NCBI GenBank assembly: GCA_000165425.1
Contig: CT868060.1
Span: forward strand, 124,001-188,000
Origin: Paramecium tetraurelia
Lineage: Eukaryota
Direction: 5' to 3'
Length of the DNA: 64,000 nt
Below are positions 39,698 through 52,875 of the stretch, in pieces (position 1 is the first letter of the stretch; every line of letters begins with the position of its first letter). Made by a program: the position numbers and the translations under genes. Below the pieces are notes generated by a model that made no database searches, was not told where the DNA came from, and saw nothing but the letters and a program-made list of their open reading frames with translations.

Positions 39698-41517
39698 TCA
39701 AAATTCAGTATTGATGGTTTCTCCTTGAGTTTGAATAATAAGGGTGAGAATGAGTGTTGCTATACCAGAAACCTTCTTTATAGAGACACCAGAGAATCTT
39801 GATTATATAATGTTGACCATTTCACTTTGTCCAAGATCACCATTCTTTTTAAAAGCCTATAAGCACGCCTTAAGGACTTCATCAAAATGTCTACCTAATT
39901 TTTAAATCAATCTTGCTTTTAGATTCTAATTTATTAATTAATGATATCATACTCTAATCTATTCATTAATTGGTGAAGTGTCAAAATCATCTTCAACTAT
40001 TTCTTGTAATTGTGAAATCATTTGACTCATTTCATCATCTTTTTTAAAAGGGTCTTTGTAGATAATTTTGTTTTTCTTCCTTCTGTCTTCAATGGAATTA
40101 TTGAAATCCTAAAAATCAATATTGGATTTGGTCAGTGTCAAAGGAGTACTGTCAGCCTCTTCAATAGGATCCAATACTTTCTCTTCTTCTTCTTAGAGCT
40201 TTCTTTTAGGACTAAAAAATAAATTGCTCTAATGATTGTTCACTATTTGTCTACCACTCTATTATCGATCAAATGACTTGATTTGTTTCTTTAATTAAAT
40301 GTGTTTGTCTGTGAGCTATTTGCCACTCTAAATGCGAATGTTTAGGGAAGGGGATTTGATTATTTTATTGGGTGTTTCAGGACCTTCTGAAAATTGATTT
40401 TTTCTTTTTGGAGATTACTTTTTAGGAGATTAGATAGGAAGAAATGATTGATTATGTTTCAATTGCACTCTCCTACTAAAATCGGGAGTGTCTATGGTTC
40501 TCTTGATTTCAGGTAGTTTGTGAACACTAGGACTGGCTCTTTGTTTTGGAGTAGCCATTCTTTTTTTCAATTGAGGTAATTACTGGACAGATCTTTTGGC
40601 TTTTGTTGTTTGATCGATCACCTGCTATTCTTTCTAGAGTGTCTCACTCAGAAATGACTTGATTCTATCTCTGATTAATTACTCTCTTAAAATCTCATTG
40701 ATAGCTGGTCGTCTATGTTCTTTACCAGAGAGAAGCTTCCCTATTAAACTGTACTAGAAGTGAATGCAATTGCATACTTTCTTAATTTGGTTGAATAACA
40801 CTCCAAAGTAGGAGTTATTTCACATCTGACAACTTTCAAAGCCAGCTGAGCGATGTTGTCACCTTCAAATGGGGGTCGTTTGTTGCACATTTCATAAAGA
40901 ACTACTCCCAAACACCATATATCCTATTTAAATCCATATGGTTGATTCTCAAACATCTCAGGAGCCATGTAATATGGAGTACCGATAACTGATTTTGCAC
41001 ATGGAGATGTTGTTGATAAAATCTTGGCAATGCCAAAATCTCCCAACTTAACCATTCCTTCTTTTGTTAGAAACACATTTGATGTCTTGATGTCTCTGTG
41101 AAGGATCTTTCGATCATGACAATACTTGACAGCCAAACTCAATTGAGTGAACCAATCAAGTACTTGAGATTCTGACAAAGAACCTTGTGTTTGTTTTATC
41201 TTTTGAGCCAAATCGCCATCATTAGCATAATCCATAACAATACACAATTTACCCTTTTTGGTTTTATAAACTTCCCTGAAATTAATAATATTAGGATGCT
41301 TCAAAGTCGACATTATTTTTGCCTCTCTATATGCTTACTATAATAATCAAAGCGATACTCTTACTGCAATTTCATCCTACTTCATATAAGACACATCGAT
41401 CTATTTAATCACACATAACTGCCTGTCTCTTATACTCTCAGCCAGGTATGCTTTTCCATAGGCTCCTGATCCAAGGAGTTTGATGCGTTTATATACTTCT
41501 GACTCTTAGACTTACAT
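39698..41517 (-). CDS. NIMA-related (NEK) Ser/Thr protein kinase
   Basis: [65 protein letters not shown]...[10 protein letters not shown]; long basic C-tail. Confidence 0.95.
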
Positions 41518-41729
41518 AATTTAAAAATAAATTGGTATAAAAATGAATAAAATATAGTTATTAATGACAATTAACTTTCATAATTTAGATGGAGTTGTCA
41601 CTCCAAATAGTTTACTTTTTTAACTGCTAATATTTTATTATATATCCAGATTATATTTTTTTGATTTTATAACATCGCTATATTGATAATTCACAAATAC
41701 AAAAACTATTAATAATATTCTAAAAAATA

Positions 41730-42915
41730 ATGAACGATTTGCAAGAAGTTAATCCATATCCTTAATTTGATGAACAACAAGAATCAAATCACTAGATTGA
41801 AGAACCCACAGCCTCCTAGGCAATTCCAGTCATTCAATAAAATATTGTTATAGACAATAACACTTAAGCAAGAACCATCGGAGAAGCTTCAAGTGAAGAG
41901 AGAAAGCAATTTCTTACTCAGAGTCTGAGAGCCTTGTTGGTGTAACAGATGTTCCAATTATCACTGGCCATGAGTTTTGCTTTTGTCGAAGAGTGGGGAT
42001 TCTGTAGTAATTTCTTCCTTTTCCTCTTCTTCACATTGAGTCTACATTTATTTATAGCCACATACAAAGCAAGGGGGTTGAAGAAAGAAGTATCTATAAA
42101 ATTTGAATAATAATAGGAAGGAGTGATGAAGTTGTAATGGCTGGGCTGGATGGTATGCTATTCGTTTGCAACAACTCTATTTTCGACTTTGTTGAATGTA
42201 TTGTACTTGGGATGGTTCTTTTATTTGCCATTCCTTACGATGGCCTTCTTATTTCCTATGATAACCCTGGGAATGATTATCCATCTTTCATCTGGGAGTG
42301 CATGCATAAGTGTGAAATGTAAAGAGCATATCGTATCAATATAGAATACTCAATAATATTCTTTGTGGCAATCTTCTTTATAGACCTAAGTATTTCAGTA
42401 TTTGACGACGGATTCATTCATTTTGGATACCTGTTAGGAGAAGTTGTTGCATATCTTTATGGATTATATTTAGCATTCATAAATGTTTAAATTTAATATG
42501 TAAGAATTCAACATAACCATAATTTAAGCCAGTCAATGACTTGTCTCTCAACATTCAATAGGAGGAAACCAAGTTGGATCAAATGATTAACTTCCTTGAC
42601 AGAGGAACATAAAAATTTGAATTGGGTGCTATTCCAGCTGAGGCTCAGGAGATCACAATGGAAGAGATCAAGAAATAGAGTAATGCTGAGAGATTGCTTA
42701 AATTGGCCATCTTGTAATCCTTCTGCATAGTGTTCTATTTGTTCCCATGGTTGTATTTTACTTTGGTGATTTGGGTGATGATGGTGGCTCACAAGGCAGA
42801 CACAAAGTTTGTGCAGATTGGCAAGAAACAAGAGGTCAAATTGAATGAACAATTTGTTGCACCAATATTAATCAACCTAGACATATTGGGAGGATTGAAA
42901 CATGCAATAGAATGA
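41730..42915 (+). CDS. Multi-pass membrane protein, divergent TMBIM-like, distant paralog of 38298-39440
   Basis: ERKQFLTQSLRALLVQ; many TM segments; hydrophilic insert; ends LNEQFVAPILINLDILGGLKHAIE*; three small introns. Confidence 0.55.
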
Positions 42916-42966
42916 ATATGTATAAAAATATAAAAAGTCACTGTTATTCGTAGAAAATTAATAATA

Positions 42967-43551
42967 ATGCAGAATTATGTGTATGACATAGATTCGATCA
43001 GGGGACTCAATCTCTCCTTAAAGGTGCCATTGAGTCTCTTCGCATACATGGTGGATGAGATTTACAAATTCACACTCTCCTACTAAAGTGCCTTTTCACT
43101 CTAATCAATGCTTCAGATATTTTAGCGTGAATCTGTACCTTTGGATACTTCAGAGTCCGAATTCTGCATCAATAGTTATGTGTACTTGATTAGATTTGTG
43201 CAAAAGAATAATATCTCTGCAGAACATTTAAGTAAATGGTTGAATGAGAACACACTTGTTTAGGATGATCATAGGGAATACTTAGTCAAGGTGTTGTAAG
43301 GCTTTGATCCAGAGACAGTCAAGAAGGTATTGAGTCTAGGCAAGTTGAAAGAGTTGAAATGGACAGTCAATTAATACAATGGAGATGTCAAATACCCTAA
43401 TTTGAAAAAGCTGTATATTTTATTAGAATTCCATATCCAAGATGAGAAGGGCAATCTGCAAAAACAAATTATCAATCTAACCATCCAAGAATTCAAAATG
43501 TTACAAATGGAATTCAAGGAAATTGGTGAGATTTTGAGAAGTTTTATGTGA
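42967..43551 (+). CDS. COMM-domain protein (COMMD family), 194 aa
   Basis: C-terminal SLGKLKELKWTVN...PNLKKLYILLEFHI...INLTIQEFKMLQMEFKEI = COMM domain pattern; intron-free. Confidence 0.8.
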
Positions 43552-44591
43552 ATTTATATGATATTTTTACACTAATCATGGAAGTATAAGATGTATATCT
43601 AATTAATCACAACAATCACTCAAGCAACTATTATATCACCTACCAATATATGATATAAATCATCTTTGAATTGTAGTTACATGAATCTTTATGTATTCAC
43701 AAAGCAACTTATTTATTTACAAGATCAATTCGTATTCCATCTATATCTTCAATCGTCTTATTTCACACTAGAAACCAAAAATTTCACAAATCATTATCAC
43801 AAATGCAATCATGACTTACTAAGACAACTGGAAAATATATGATCCCACTCAACAATTTGTTTCCTATCCATGTTTCTATTTTCTTGTTGTTCTCTTGCCT
43901 TGTTTATCTATATCCTTTTATCATGCTATCCAATTTCATTTGATCAAGTAGTGCTTGATGTTGAATCCAAAATAATTATCAAACACTCCTTAAGTTACTC
44001 GGACTCTTTATTGTCATATACTCAAACCATTAAATTTATTGTTAATTCAGATATAATGCTATCTCAAATGCTCTTCTACTCTATTCAATCATCCTACCTA
44101 GTCTCCCTTTGTTTGCATATAATCTAAGTCCCTCCCTACGCTGATCATCCCCCCCTATGTTGAATTCAATCTCCTAACTTTCTTACTCACTTCTACATTA
44201 TAAATGAATTAGAATTACACTTTTTGTTTAAATAATTAATAATATTATTAAAATTCCCTAATAAATTTATACATCATTAGTGATAAATTAAATTATTCTG
44301 CAACATATGCAGATATTGCATACTTTATCAATTTTCTTTGAATCTTAGAATAATATTACACCCTTTGGAAGAATGGTTTTATTTAACTTCCAGCTATATG
44401 ATATGAATAAATATAGAGTCCAATTCTTGAGGTTTTATTAAAAAATAACTATCATGAACTTATAAACTTTGTCTTAGGTTCTTTATCTTTAATATTTGAT
44501 AGTATATAAATTCTGGATACATTATATCAATATTGAAGTTTGAAATTATTAAGTTGATAATAATGCTAATAATAATTTATTAAAAATAAGA

Positions 44592-47500
44592 TCATTATAT
44601 ATCTCCAGATATTTCTAATAAGGAATGTTAATGATGCATTCTATACACTTTGGAGGCTAGGGATTAAATGGATAAGTTTACTTTCTTATTATTTCTAAAA
44701 GGCCTTTAGGAATGACTAAGGTGATTGAGGCAATAATTTTCTATCTATTTTTGTGTTCAAATTTTATGCTGAAGATGTAGGTTAATTTTCCTTTTATCTG
44801 ACATAATTATTTTATATGGGAACTTCTTCATATTTCTAATCCCTTGAAGTAGAGGCTCCAATGGCGATTTATTGAGTGGATTACTTCCAGAAAGGCTTAG
44901 GCATAACTGACAGAGAATCTCTTCCATAATCTCTAGACGACTAAAGTCCTTCATTTTTAGGTGATCCCACTAATTTTAAGCATAAGTCTTACTTTATGAC
45001 ATGCTTCTGCTAGGTTATTCAACTTGATCGATTGTGTCCAATTCTAAGAATTTGCGATAAGCTGTGCAATTTCTAACAGGATCTAGTTTAGCCAAATCTC
45101 TTATATATGATTGCAAAGCTCTTCTTCTATCTTCTATGACTGTGGGTCGTTTAGCATTAAAGACACTGCCAATATCAGCTGTATTGATGATGGCACAACT
45201 AGATTCTGGCATTTTCAAATTGGGATATTGTTGAATGATTGCTTAATGTAATTCACAGAAGTTTTTATATCTCCTGGAAATAGTCCATTTCTTTAAGTTA
45301 TATTGAACTCTTATCATATACTCAGTATATGGTTTATTATCAGGAGTTTCTCTAACCATAGTTTGATTGATTGAAATTTATAATTAACTTAAATCAATTG
45401 GAGGTGGTAGAGGATGAGTTTGAGATTGATTATGTGTTTATTAATGAGTTTAAGCTTATTATTATGATTACTATTATAACTATTACTATGATTATTATTA
45501 TTAAGTTGGAACAATAGGATTACATGGAGTATTATCAATACAAGTTGATAAATGTTAACTAAATCCATTACTTTAATATTGTCTATTACAATGTATACAA
45601 ACAATACTGGAACTATTTTTGAAGATCCTTTTGAATTTCTTAAGTTTGGTGACTTTTTCTTCTAATTACTTGCATCTCATTTCCATTTTATCCATTGCAG
45701 CTGATAGATTTCTGTTTGTCTCTAAAAGTTCAAGAGTGGACTCTTAATAATCGTTACTAGGATTGTTTTAAGCTTGAAATTAGAGAGTAATACATACATT
45801 ATAAAGCAATTAAAAGAGCATCATGCAATCTTTTGTTTTCATCTAACTAACTCTTCAAGAATGTTACTTGGTTTTCTAAATAAGACTTTTCTACCATCCA
45901 TTCACTCTATTGCCTAGCTGTTTATTTCTTAGAATCAATATCATTATTTAACTCTTGAATTTTCTTTTCGAATTCCAATTGCAACTTTTGAATCTCCTGA
46001 GCTCTCCCGTAATCTAAAGAGTGACACTTTTATTATAACTATTCATTGCCTGCTTTTGATGTGATCAATTCTTATCTGAGTTTCTTGTTTTCATTTTCTA
46101 ACTGAGATGATTTATCACTCAATGCTTATATTTCCTTTTAAAGATACACATTTTCTTAACTAATCAATGCCAATTATTTATCATGCTATTGTATTTGATG
46201 CTGACTCTATTATTAAACTTATTATGTTTGTTATTAGATTTATTGAAACTATGTTTTGAGATGTAATTCACTTTTCGATAATAATTCATTCTCTTTAAAT
46301 AATTGCTCTAATTTGCTATTAGATTATAGTTCTAACTAATGCTTTTCATCTTACAAGGCCTTCAACTCCTTTTCCAAATTCTAAACTTTGTATTGCAACT
46401 ACTTATTCTCCTAATTAGTTTATTGAGAAGCCTTTCTGGTCAGTTTTTCTGCTGCCTATTAATAAATTTGTAAGCTCATTTCATCAAACAACTAAGAAAC
46501 CTATTGATTTCTACCAACTTCCTTTTGAAACTGATCTCTAATCTTAAACATTTCAGATTATAATTCATAATAGTTAGAAAATTCGTCATTTTTTAATTTA
46601 TCAAGAATGTTTTCAATATGAGGTTATAACACTTTTGATTGATGATTCTAAGATAAGGTTGCAATAATACCTTGAGATTTCTTTTATTGCTTTATTTGAG
46701 TTCTTTGAATTTCTCTTCAAATTGCTCTGATAACTTCTCTGTGAATTATTTCAGATCATCCTCAGATCCTATGGCTTTCAATTTGAACTATTTCCTAACC
46801 TAATCGATCAATTGCTATTTCACAGCAGGTAAATCCTAAATCACCTAAGTCTTTAGCTTTTCAATTTGTTGTTCAGCCATGTTAATGCATTCTCTGAGTG
46901 CCCTCTCTCCTTCTGCCTTGCACACATAACCCCATGCAGATTCAACATTTGGTACCTTACCTCCATTTATCAAATCGACATAAGCCTTTGCCAATTACAG
47001 TAATTACATTCCATTCACCATGCTTCCTTAAACAGACTTAGGTCTAACTCGTTTGAAAATCTTAGATCTCGCCTCTTTCAATTGCTAAACGAATTCCCCT
47101 CTGAAATCACTATCATGTAGCGAATCCAAATTTTAGAGATCTAACTCTTTCTCGACTGGCCTAACCATTGTCATGCAATCCCGCTCTCGAAAGAAGTGTT
47201 TGATCATTCTTCTGATACGGTTCTTCTATTCCACAGAATCAGACAATCCCTTCTGCAATTCTAAGGCGTTTTCGAGATATTGCTTTGGATTGATGGAGTT
47301 TCCCTGTGGATCCACCATTTGAAGTGAAAAATCCCTAACAATCCATAAGAATTGTGGAAACGTATTCTCGGTATTTTATTAAATGTCCTAATTGTTACTG
47401 TTTTCATATTACCTTAGCAAGATTGACAATCAAATTCAAAGTGTTTAAGGCATTCTCATCGATGTTGCCAACAGAATTGTAAATAAAGTAACTACTTAGT

Positions 47501-47868
47501 AGAAGACTGAACAGAAAGATTCTTGTATCATGATTAACATTCTCGTCCATACCTCCGAAACCTTCGGTGTCAATGATAATGGCCTTCATATCAGGGAATT
47601 CAGCATTTTAAGCTGTGATTGTTTGACTCCAGATCCACAATCCCTTTGTGCAAGGATTTATCGTGGGACCTACTGAAAAACCTCCTGCTTGTTGATTCAG
47701 GAGAACTCGATTGACAAAGAAACTTTTGCCGGTTCTATATTTTCCTACAATGGAGACAACTCCCAATTTTTCAGAACCCAGGGAAGCCAGAAACTATTCA
47801 GCTTGAGGATCCACCTGAAATTGATTGTTGATGTATTTTATGAAAGGAATGGCTTTGGGTGCATTCAT
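44592..47868 (-). CDS. Guanylate-binding-protein (GBP/atlastin-class) large GTPase fused to coiled coil, C2HC zinc finger, poly-Q linker and PX domain
   Basis: VSIVGKYRTGKSF (G1), PCTKGLWIW (G2), IDTEGFG (G3), WIVRDF (G4); CIHCNRQYQSNGFSQHLSTC; KPYTEYMIRV...WTISRRYKNFCELH...IEDRRRALQSYI (PX); 3' end depends on two predicted introns. Confidence 0.88.
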
Positions 47869-48059
47869 TTTTTGAATTTTTAATTTAACGATTTATTTAA
47901 CATAAAACGAAAAGGAAGTAACAATATCAAAAAATGTGTTTTAGCACATCTGCTCAACACCAGAATTTGGGATTATAATAATCATCTCTCTAATATTTTA
48001 GATTAAATTGATATTTTGCAATTCTTGTGTGTTATTTCTAAGTAAAAATAGATTAATCA

Positions 48060-49520
48060 TCATTCAATTATCAGTGGACGTTCAAATTGTATTCCCACAT
48101 TCGAATTCAATAGTCCTCAATACATAGGCAAATTCATCTTGTAGATTTATTAATTTTTATTTGGATCTTCCTCCATTATTAAAGATTACTCTATTGAGAA
48201 TTGCTAACTCAATGTACAAGAAATTTTTGATCTGCGATTTTCTGAAATTATTCAATCCGAACCATTCACAGGCTACTTAATATTTGGTTACGAATCCCTT
48301 GTTGAATATTATATGTATTTGCAATACTTGGGTTACTATGCTAAGTTAATCCTATTTGATTTATTCAATCAAACCTGGCTTATCTAATTCAATAAAATAC
48401 AGGAAATAGAGAGGAACTTAAGTGGCAAAATAGAAGATCTTTTAATTCATTTCATAGTTTTTGGACTCAATACTCATTTACAGTAAGTAAAACTAATTGT
48501 TAAATGCATCAATAACTTATGAGTCTGTATGATTGACTCTTACTAAGGCTGCCTGCTACTAATACAATAACAGATTTTGATATGAGACATTAGGTATTTA
48601 AAACTGTCATTCAATTCTTGAACATTACAAGTAGACCAAAACTCGAAGATTGCTTCCAGATCTTTAAATGGATATGAATCTTAAGTGAATTACAGGTCCT
48701 CGTTAGTTTTTATCACCTTCTTGCATAATTGGCAAGGTGATATTATTTTTACCTGAGAAACCTGGGGATCCTGCATGGTCTATGTCTAAATGTTAATAAG
48801 ATTACTTGCCCAGATTCAGAGGTTTCTATTCAGTTATCTATTTATCAAAGTCTTCCTAAAGATCAATCATCCTATCTATGTATTTCTTATTCATCTTTGT
48901 GTTTTAGGAGATGATCGTGCAATTGTTCATCATCTCCTCATTTTTAATCCCTCATATTGGGATGATGATTTTGTATAATTTTGTCATCCTCTATTATTTA
49001 ATGCAAGTAATCATGATCCTTGATTTTCCAAATATAATTGTAATCCAACTTAGAATTAAGAGAGTTTTTCCACTTCATATGGAATTCAATGAGATTTAAG
49101 GTAAGTTTGTGTAGATAATATATATATTTTGAGATGATTTTTAGAAAATCCGAAAAGTTCGCTAACTTGCTCTGGATATTCCTTTAACACATCTTTCTCT
49201 TCTGACCGTCAGTTGATGCAATATATTGACCATACTTTTATTATTAGTAATGCTATCAATTTCAATTCTCATTAATTCATCAGCCAATTGCTAATGTTCC
49301 AATAACGCATTATAATAGTACTTCTGATGACATTCAGGTATATCATCATCTTTCCACACTTGCAATAATGAGTTCAATCTAACATTATTGAATTAATTTG
49401 TTTGACTACCAATCAAAATTCAAATTGCATACTTTCCAATTAATCCAATCTCCGATCACCATTTCCAATTCGAATATCTTAAACATCCTAATTATTCGAG
49501 ATAAACCATTTTTATTATTT
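48060..49520 (-). pseudogene. Decayed protein-coding gene (fragments separated by TGA stops and frameshifts); boundaries approximate
   Basis: Protein-like fragments NSLLQVWKDDDIPECHQKYYYNALLEHQQLADELMRIEID and KYIYYLHKLTLNLIEFHMKWKNSLNSKLDYNYIWKIKDHDYLHQIIEDD in different frames, with TGA codons not removable by canonical short introns. Confidence 0.45.
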
Positions 49521-49811
49521 ATATTTTTAATTTGTTGGTATATTAATTTAGTAGTAATTAGTAGTGATGAGAATTTACACTTAATCAACCCTTTTTTGAT
49601 CTAACTTTAAAATTAATTGAATATGTGGTATTTAAATAAAGTAGATATCATGATAACTATTGAAATTAAGATGATCTTGATAGAAATATACCCAATTTCT
49701 ATGTACTTGATTCACTCTCTATTTCCTCTCATCTGAAAATCATTGGATTTTACAAATATATCATCATTATTCCAATATTATTTTGATAAGCAATTATATA
49801 TATTAATATAA

Positions 49812-51019
49812 ATGGGAACTTGTTGTGGTACCTAAGGACCACATACTGGGAGTCTTTTTGAATTCTCCACTCTCACATATTACTCTCGTAATGCGATTAT
49901 TATTTAGAGAGCATATCGAAGTATTCGTTTGATTAATCTCTTAGAGTGGAAACACAAAAAAGAAGAATAGGAGAATCGTCTAATCATCACCATTGATAGT
50001 CAGCATAGCAATGAACCTCCTCCATAAGAAACTGTTGTAATTGATAAACCAGTCGAAGTTGTTGAATAGATTGTATTTTCAATAATCATCCTAGATTGAT
50101 CATTCCCCTTAAAATGCTATTAAGGTAGATCGCAAATGTAGTGAATATTCAACAATCGTAAGTAATCTCATCTTTAGAATTGGTAATTTTAATTACAAGG
50201 AATATGCAAAATAACTGAGTTACACAGACGAAGAACTCGCATTGCCTCATCTGGATCCCTTTCAACTATAAGATGGCACTGTGTATGTTGGTTAATGGAA
50301 ATTGGGATTGCGTCATTGTAAAGGTAGAGCAATCTTCCAGGATAAGAGCATCTACGAGGGCTTCTGGAAAGATGATTAGATGTGGGGATATGGCAGACTT
50401 ATTTTAGGAACAGGAGACTATTATGAAGGTGAATTTTTAAGGAATATGGCCAATGGGAAAGGCAAACAAGTTACTACCTTAGGATATATGTATGAGGGTG
50501 ATTGGGTGAATGACAAACAGTAGGGTGAAGGCATCGAACAATATCCGGATGGTACGAATTTCAAAGGAAAGTTCGTTGATGGTATGAAGACGGGTTTTGG
50601 AGAATTTCACTTTTAAGATGGGTCAAGGTTATTAATTAGATCAATATGTTTAGTTATGTTGGACAAATCATAGAAAATAAATTTAATGGGAAAGGTGTCT
50701 TTAAATTTGCTGATGGTAGACAATATGAAGGACAATGGAAGAATAATCAGATGGATGGGTATGGTACATTCACATGGCCTGATGGGAGATAGTATGATGG
50801 ATATGTAACTGTTTCTGATATCCCTCTTAGTATGTCAAGGATAAGAAACAAGGCTTTGGAGACTTTACTTACCAGGATGGGTCTATGTACAAGGGGAATT
50901 GGTTTGAAGGGAGGGAACATGGAAATGGCACATTTTATTCGAAAAGCGGACTGTGTAGAGAGGGGGAGTGGTTGAATGGCAAACGAGTGAAATGGCTGGG
51001 CCAGTATTAGACAGCTTGA
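49812..51019 (+). CDS. MORN-repeat protein with N-terminal dual-acylation motif and IQ-like motif
   Basis: MGTCCG; IIIQRAYRKWK; repeated YxGxWxxGxxxGxG MORN units; four small introns. Confidence 0.92.
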
Positions 51020-51068
51020 GGATTTTGATACTTAATTAATATATATTTATAATTTTGCTGTTAAAATT

Positions 51069-52087
51069 ATGTGGCAAAATGCTAATTCTGTGCTGTCAAA
51101 TATTACAAATAGTTATGAAAACACTAGAGGTTTTGATTGTTTAGAGAAGAGGAAGCCAATGGAGGAGTGTATTGAAGAAGAGACAAGAAATAATTACAGT
51201 GAGGAGGAAGACATGAGCAAGGACTAGACCAAGGAATTCGATCCTACTTAATGGAGTTTGGGTAGGTTTGAGATGGGTCGATACTTAGGTAATGGTAAAT
51301 TTGGACATGTGTATTTGGCGAGGTAAACACTTTTGTTTATATCCAATTAGAGAGCGTGAGAGCAAATTCATCTTAGCTTTAAAGGTAATCAGCAAAAGAC
51401 AATTGAACCTATGCCAATTAACAGGTTCCTTGACCAGAGAAGTCGAAATTCTAAGTCATTTGAAACATCCAAATATTATTGGGTTTTATGGTTTTTTTTA
51501 GACGGAAAAAAGAGTGTATTTGATGTTGGAATGGGCTCCCTTGGGAGATCTGTATGGATTGATGAAGAAGTAGACAAATAGAAGATTCACTGAAGAGATG
51601 GCATCAAAAATTATTAGGTAAATCACTGAGGCTATTGGATACATGCATTCGATGAATGTGATCCATCGGGATCTGAAGCCAGAAAATATCCTATGTTTCA
51701 ATAATGAGATCTTCAAGATATCTGATTTCGGATGGAGTGTGCACACTCCCTCGAATAGAAGGAAGACGTTATGTGGCACTCTAGATTATTTGTGTCCAGA
51801 GATGATCAATTACCAATCCCATGACAATCGGGTGGATGTGTGGACTATTGGCGTGTTGGCTTATGAGTTGGTAGTAGGTATTGACTCTATCTCATTATTC
51901 AGGCAGACCTCCCTTTGAGTCTCACAATGAACAAGATACAAAAAAGAAGATCATGAATCTGATGTTCTAGTTTCCCAATTGGAGCAGCAAAGACTTCCAA
52001 AATTTCGTGAAGGGGATTCTCTAGCATGATTGCAATAAGAGACCTTCAATCACTCAAATATTGAATCATCCTTGGATCACCAAATGA
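51069..52087 (+). CDS. Aurora-family Ser/Thr kinase
   Basis: [77 protein letters not shown]; two introns. Confidence 0.93.
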
Positions 52088-52135
52088 CTTTTATAAATAA
52101 TTAATATATAAATTTAATTATTATATATAAATCTA

Positions 52136-52638
52136 ATGGTACTATTGTGCAATATTATTTGTAGATCAGATTTATTTTACTTTAGAATAGACAGGGCAAA
52201 ACCAGATTATCCAAGTGGTATGTCTACTATGACGATGCTGAAAAAGTTAAATTACAAAACGAAGTCCATCGATTGATTGTTTGCAGAGACACCAAGCACA
52301 CTAATTTTCTTGAAGTACGCATCCCTATTCATTGCCATAGTTCAGGAATTACAAGATCATTTATAAGAGATATGCTGGCTTGTTTTTTGCTTTGTGTGTT
52401 GATGTCTCAGACAATGAACTCACCATGCTTGAATTAATACACCTTTACGTTGAAGTCCTTGACAAATACTTTGGAAACGTATGCGAATTGGACATCGTCT
52501 TCAACTTTAACAAAGTAACAATTATCATAATCCAAGGCATACTCTATTATTGATGAGATGATTGTTGGTGGGGAAATTATCGAAACCTCTAAGTAAGTCA
52601 TAATTAATGCTGTCAAGAATATTGAATTATTAGATTGA
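52136..52638 (+). CDS. AP2S1: AP-2 clathrin adaptor complex small (sigma) subunit
   Basis: [20 protein letters not shown]...[34 protein letters not shown]...[16 protein letters not shown]|; three introns, first directly after ATG. Confidence 0.92.
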
Positions 52639-52875
52639 TACATTTTAAGTCATTTATTCTTTCTCCATCATCCTCTATCCTTTCAAATTCTGCCCTCGCA
52701 TTATATGTTTCCGAAACAAATCAAATATTTTTTGATTTTTTATAATATAATATGTAATATTGGCTCTTACTTTTACGTCTATTGAAATAATTTAACTACT
52801 TATAGACTTAGGATTAGTGTACATAATATATAGTGATTGTACTTATCAACATCAATTATAATACTAAATTAATTA

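Noticed and set aside
45455..45505. (TTA/CTA)n repeat as a microsatellite or array
   Set aside because: It is the minus-strand poly-Gln linker of the GBP-PX gene.
50158..50177. Perfect-looking 20-nt intron gtaagtaatctcatctttag in the MORN gene
   Set aside because: The frame continues correctly only if it is retained (STIVSNLIFRIGNFNY); splicing would frameshift. At most a cryptic intron.
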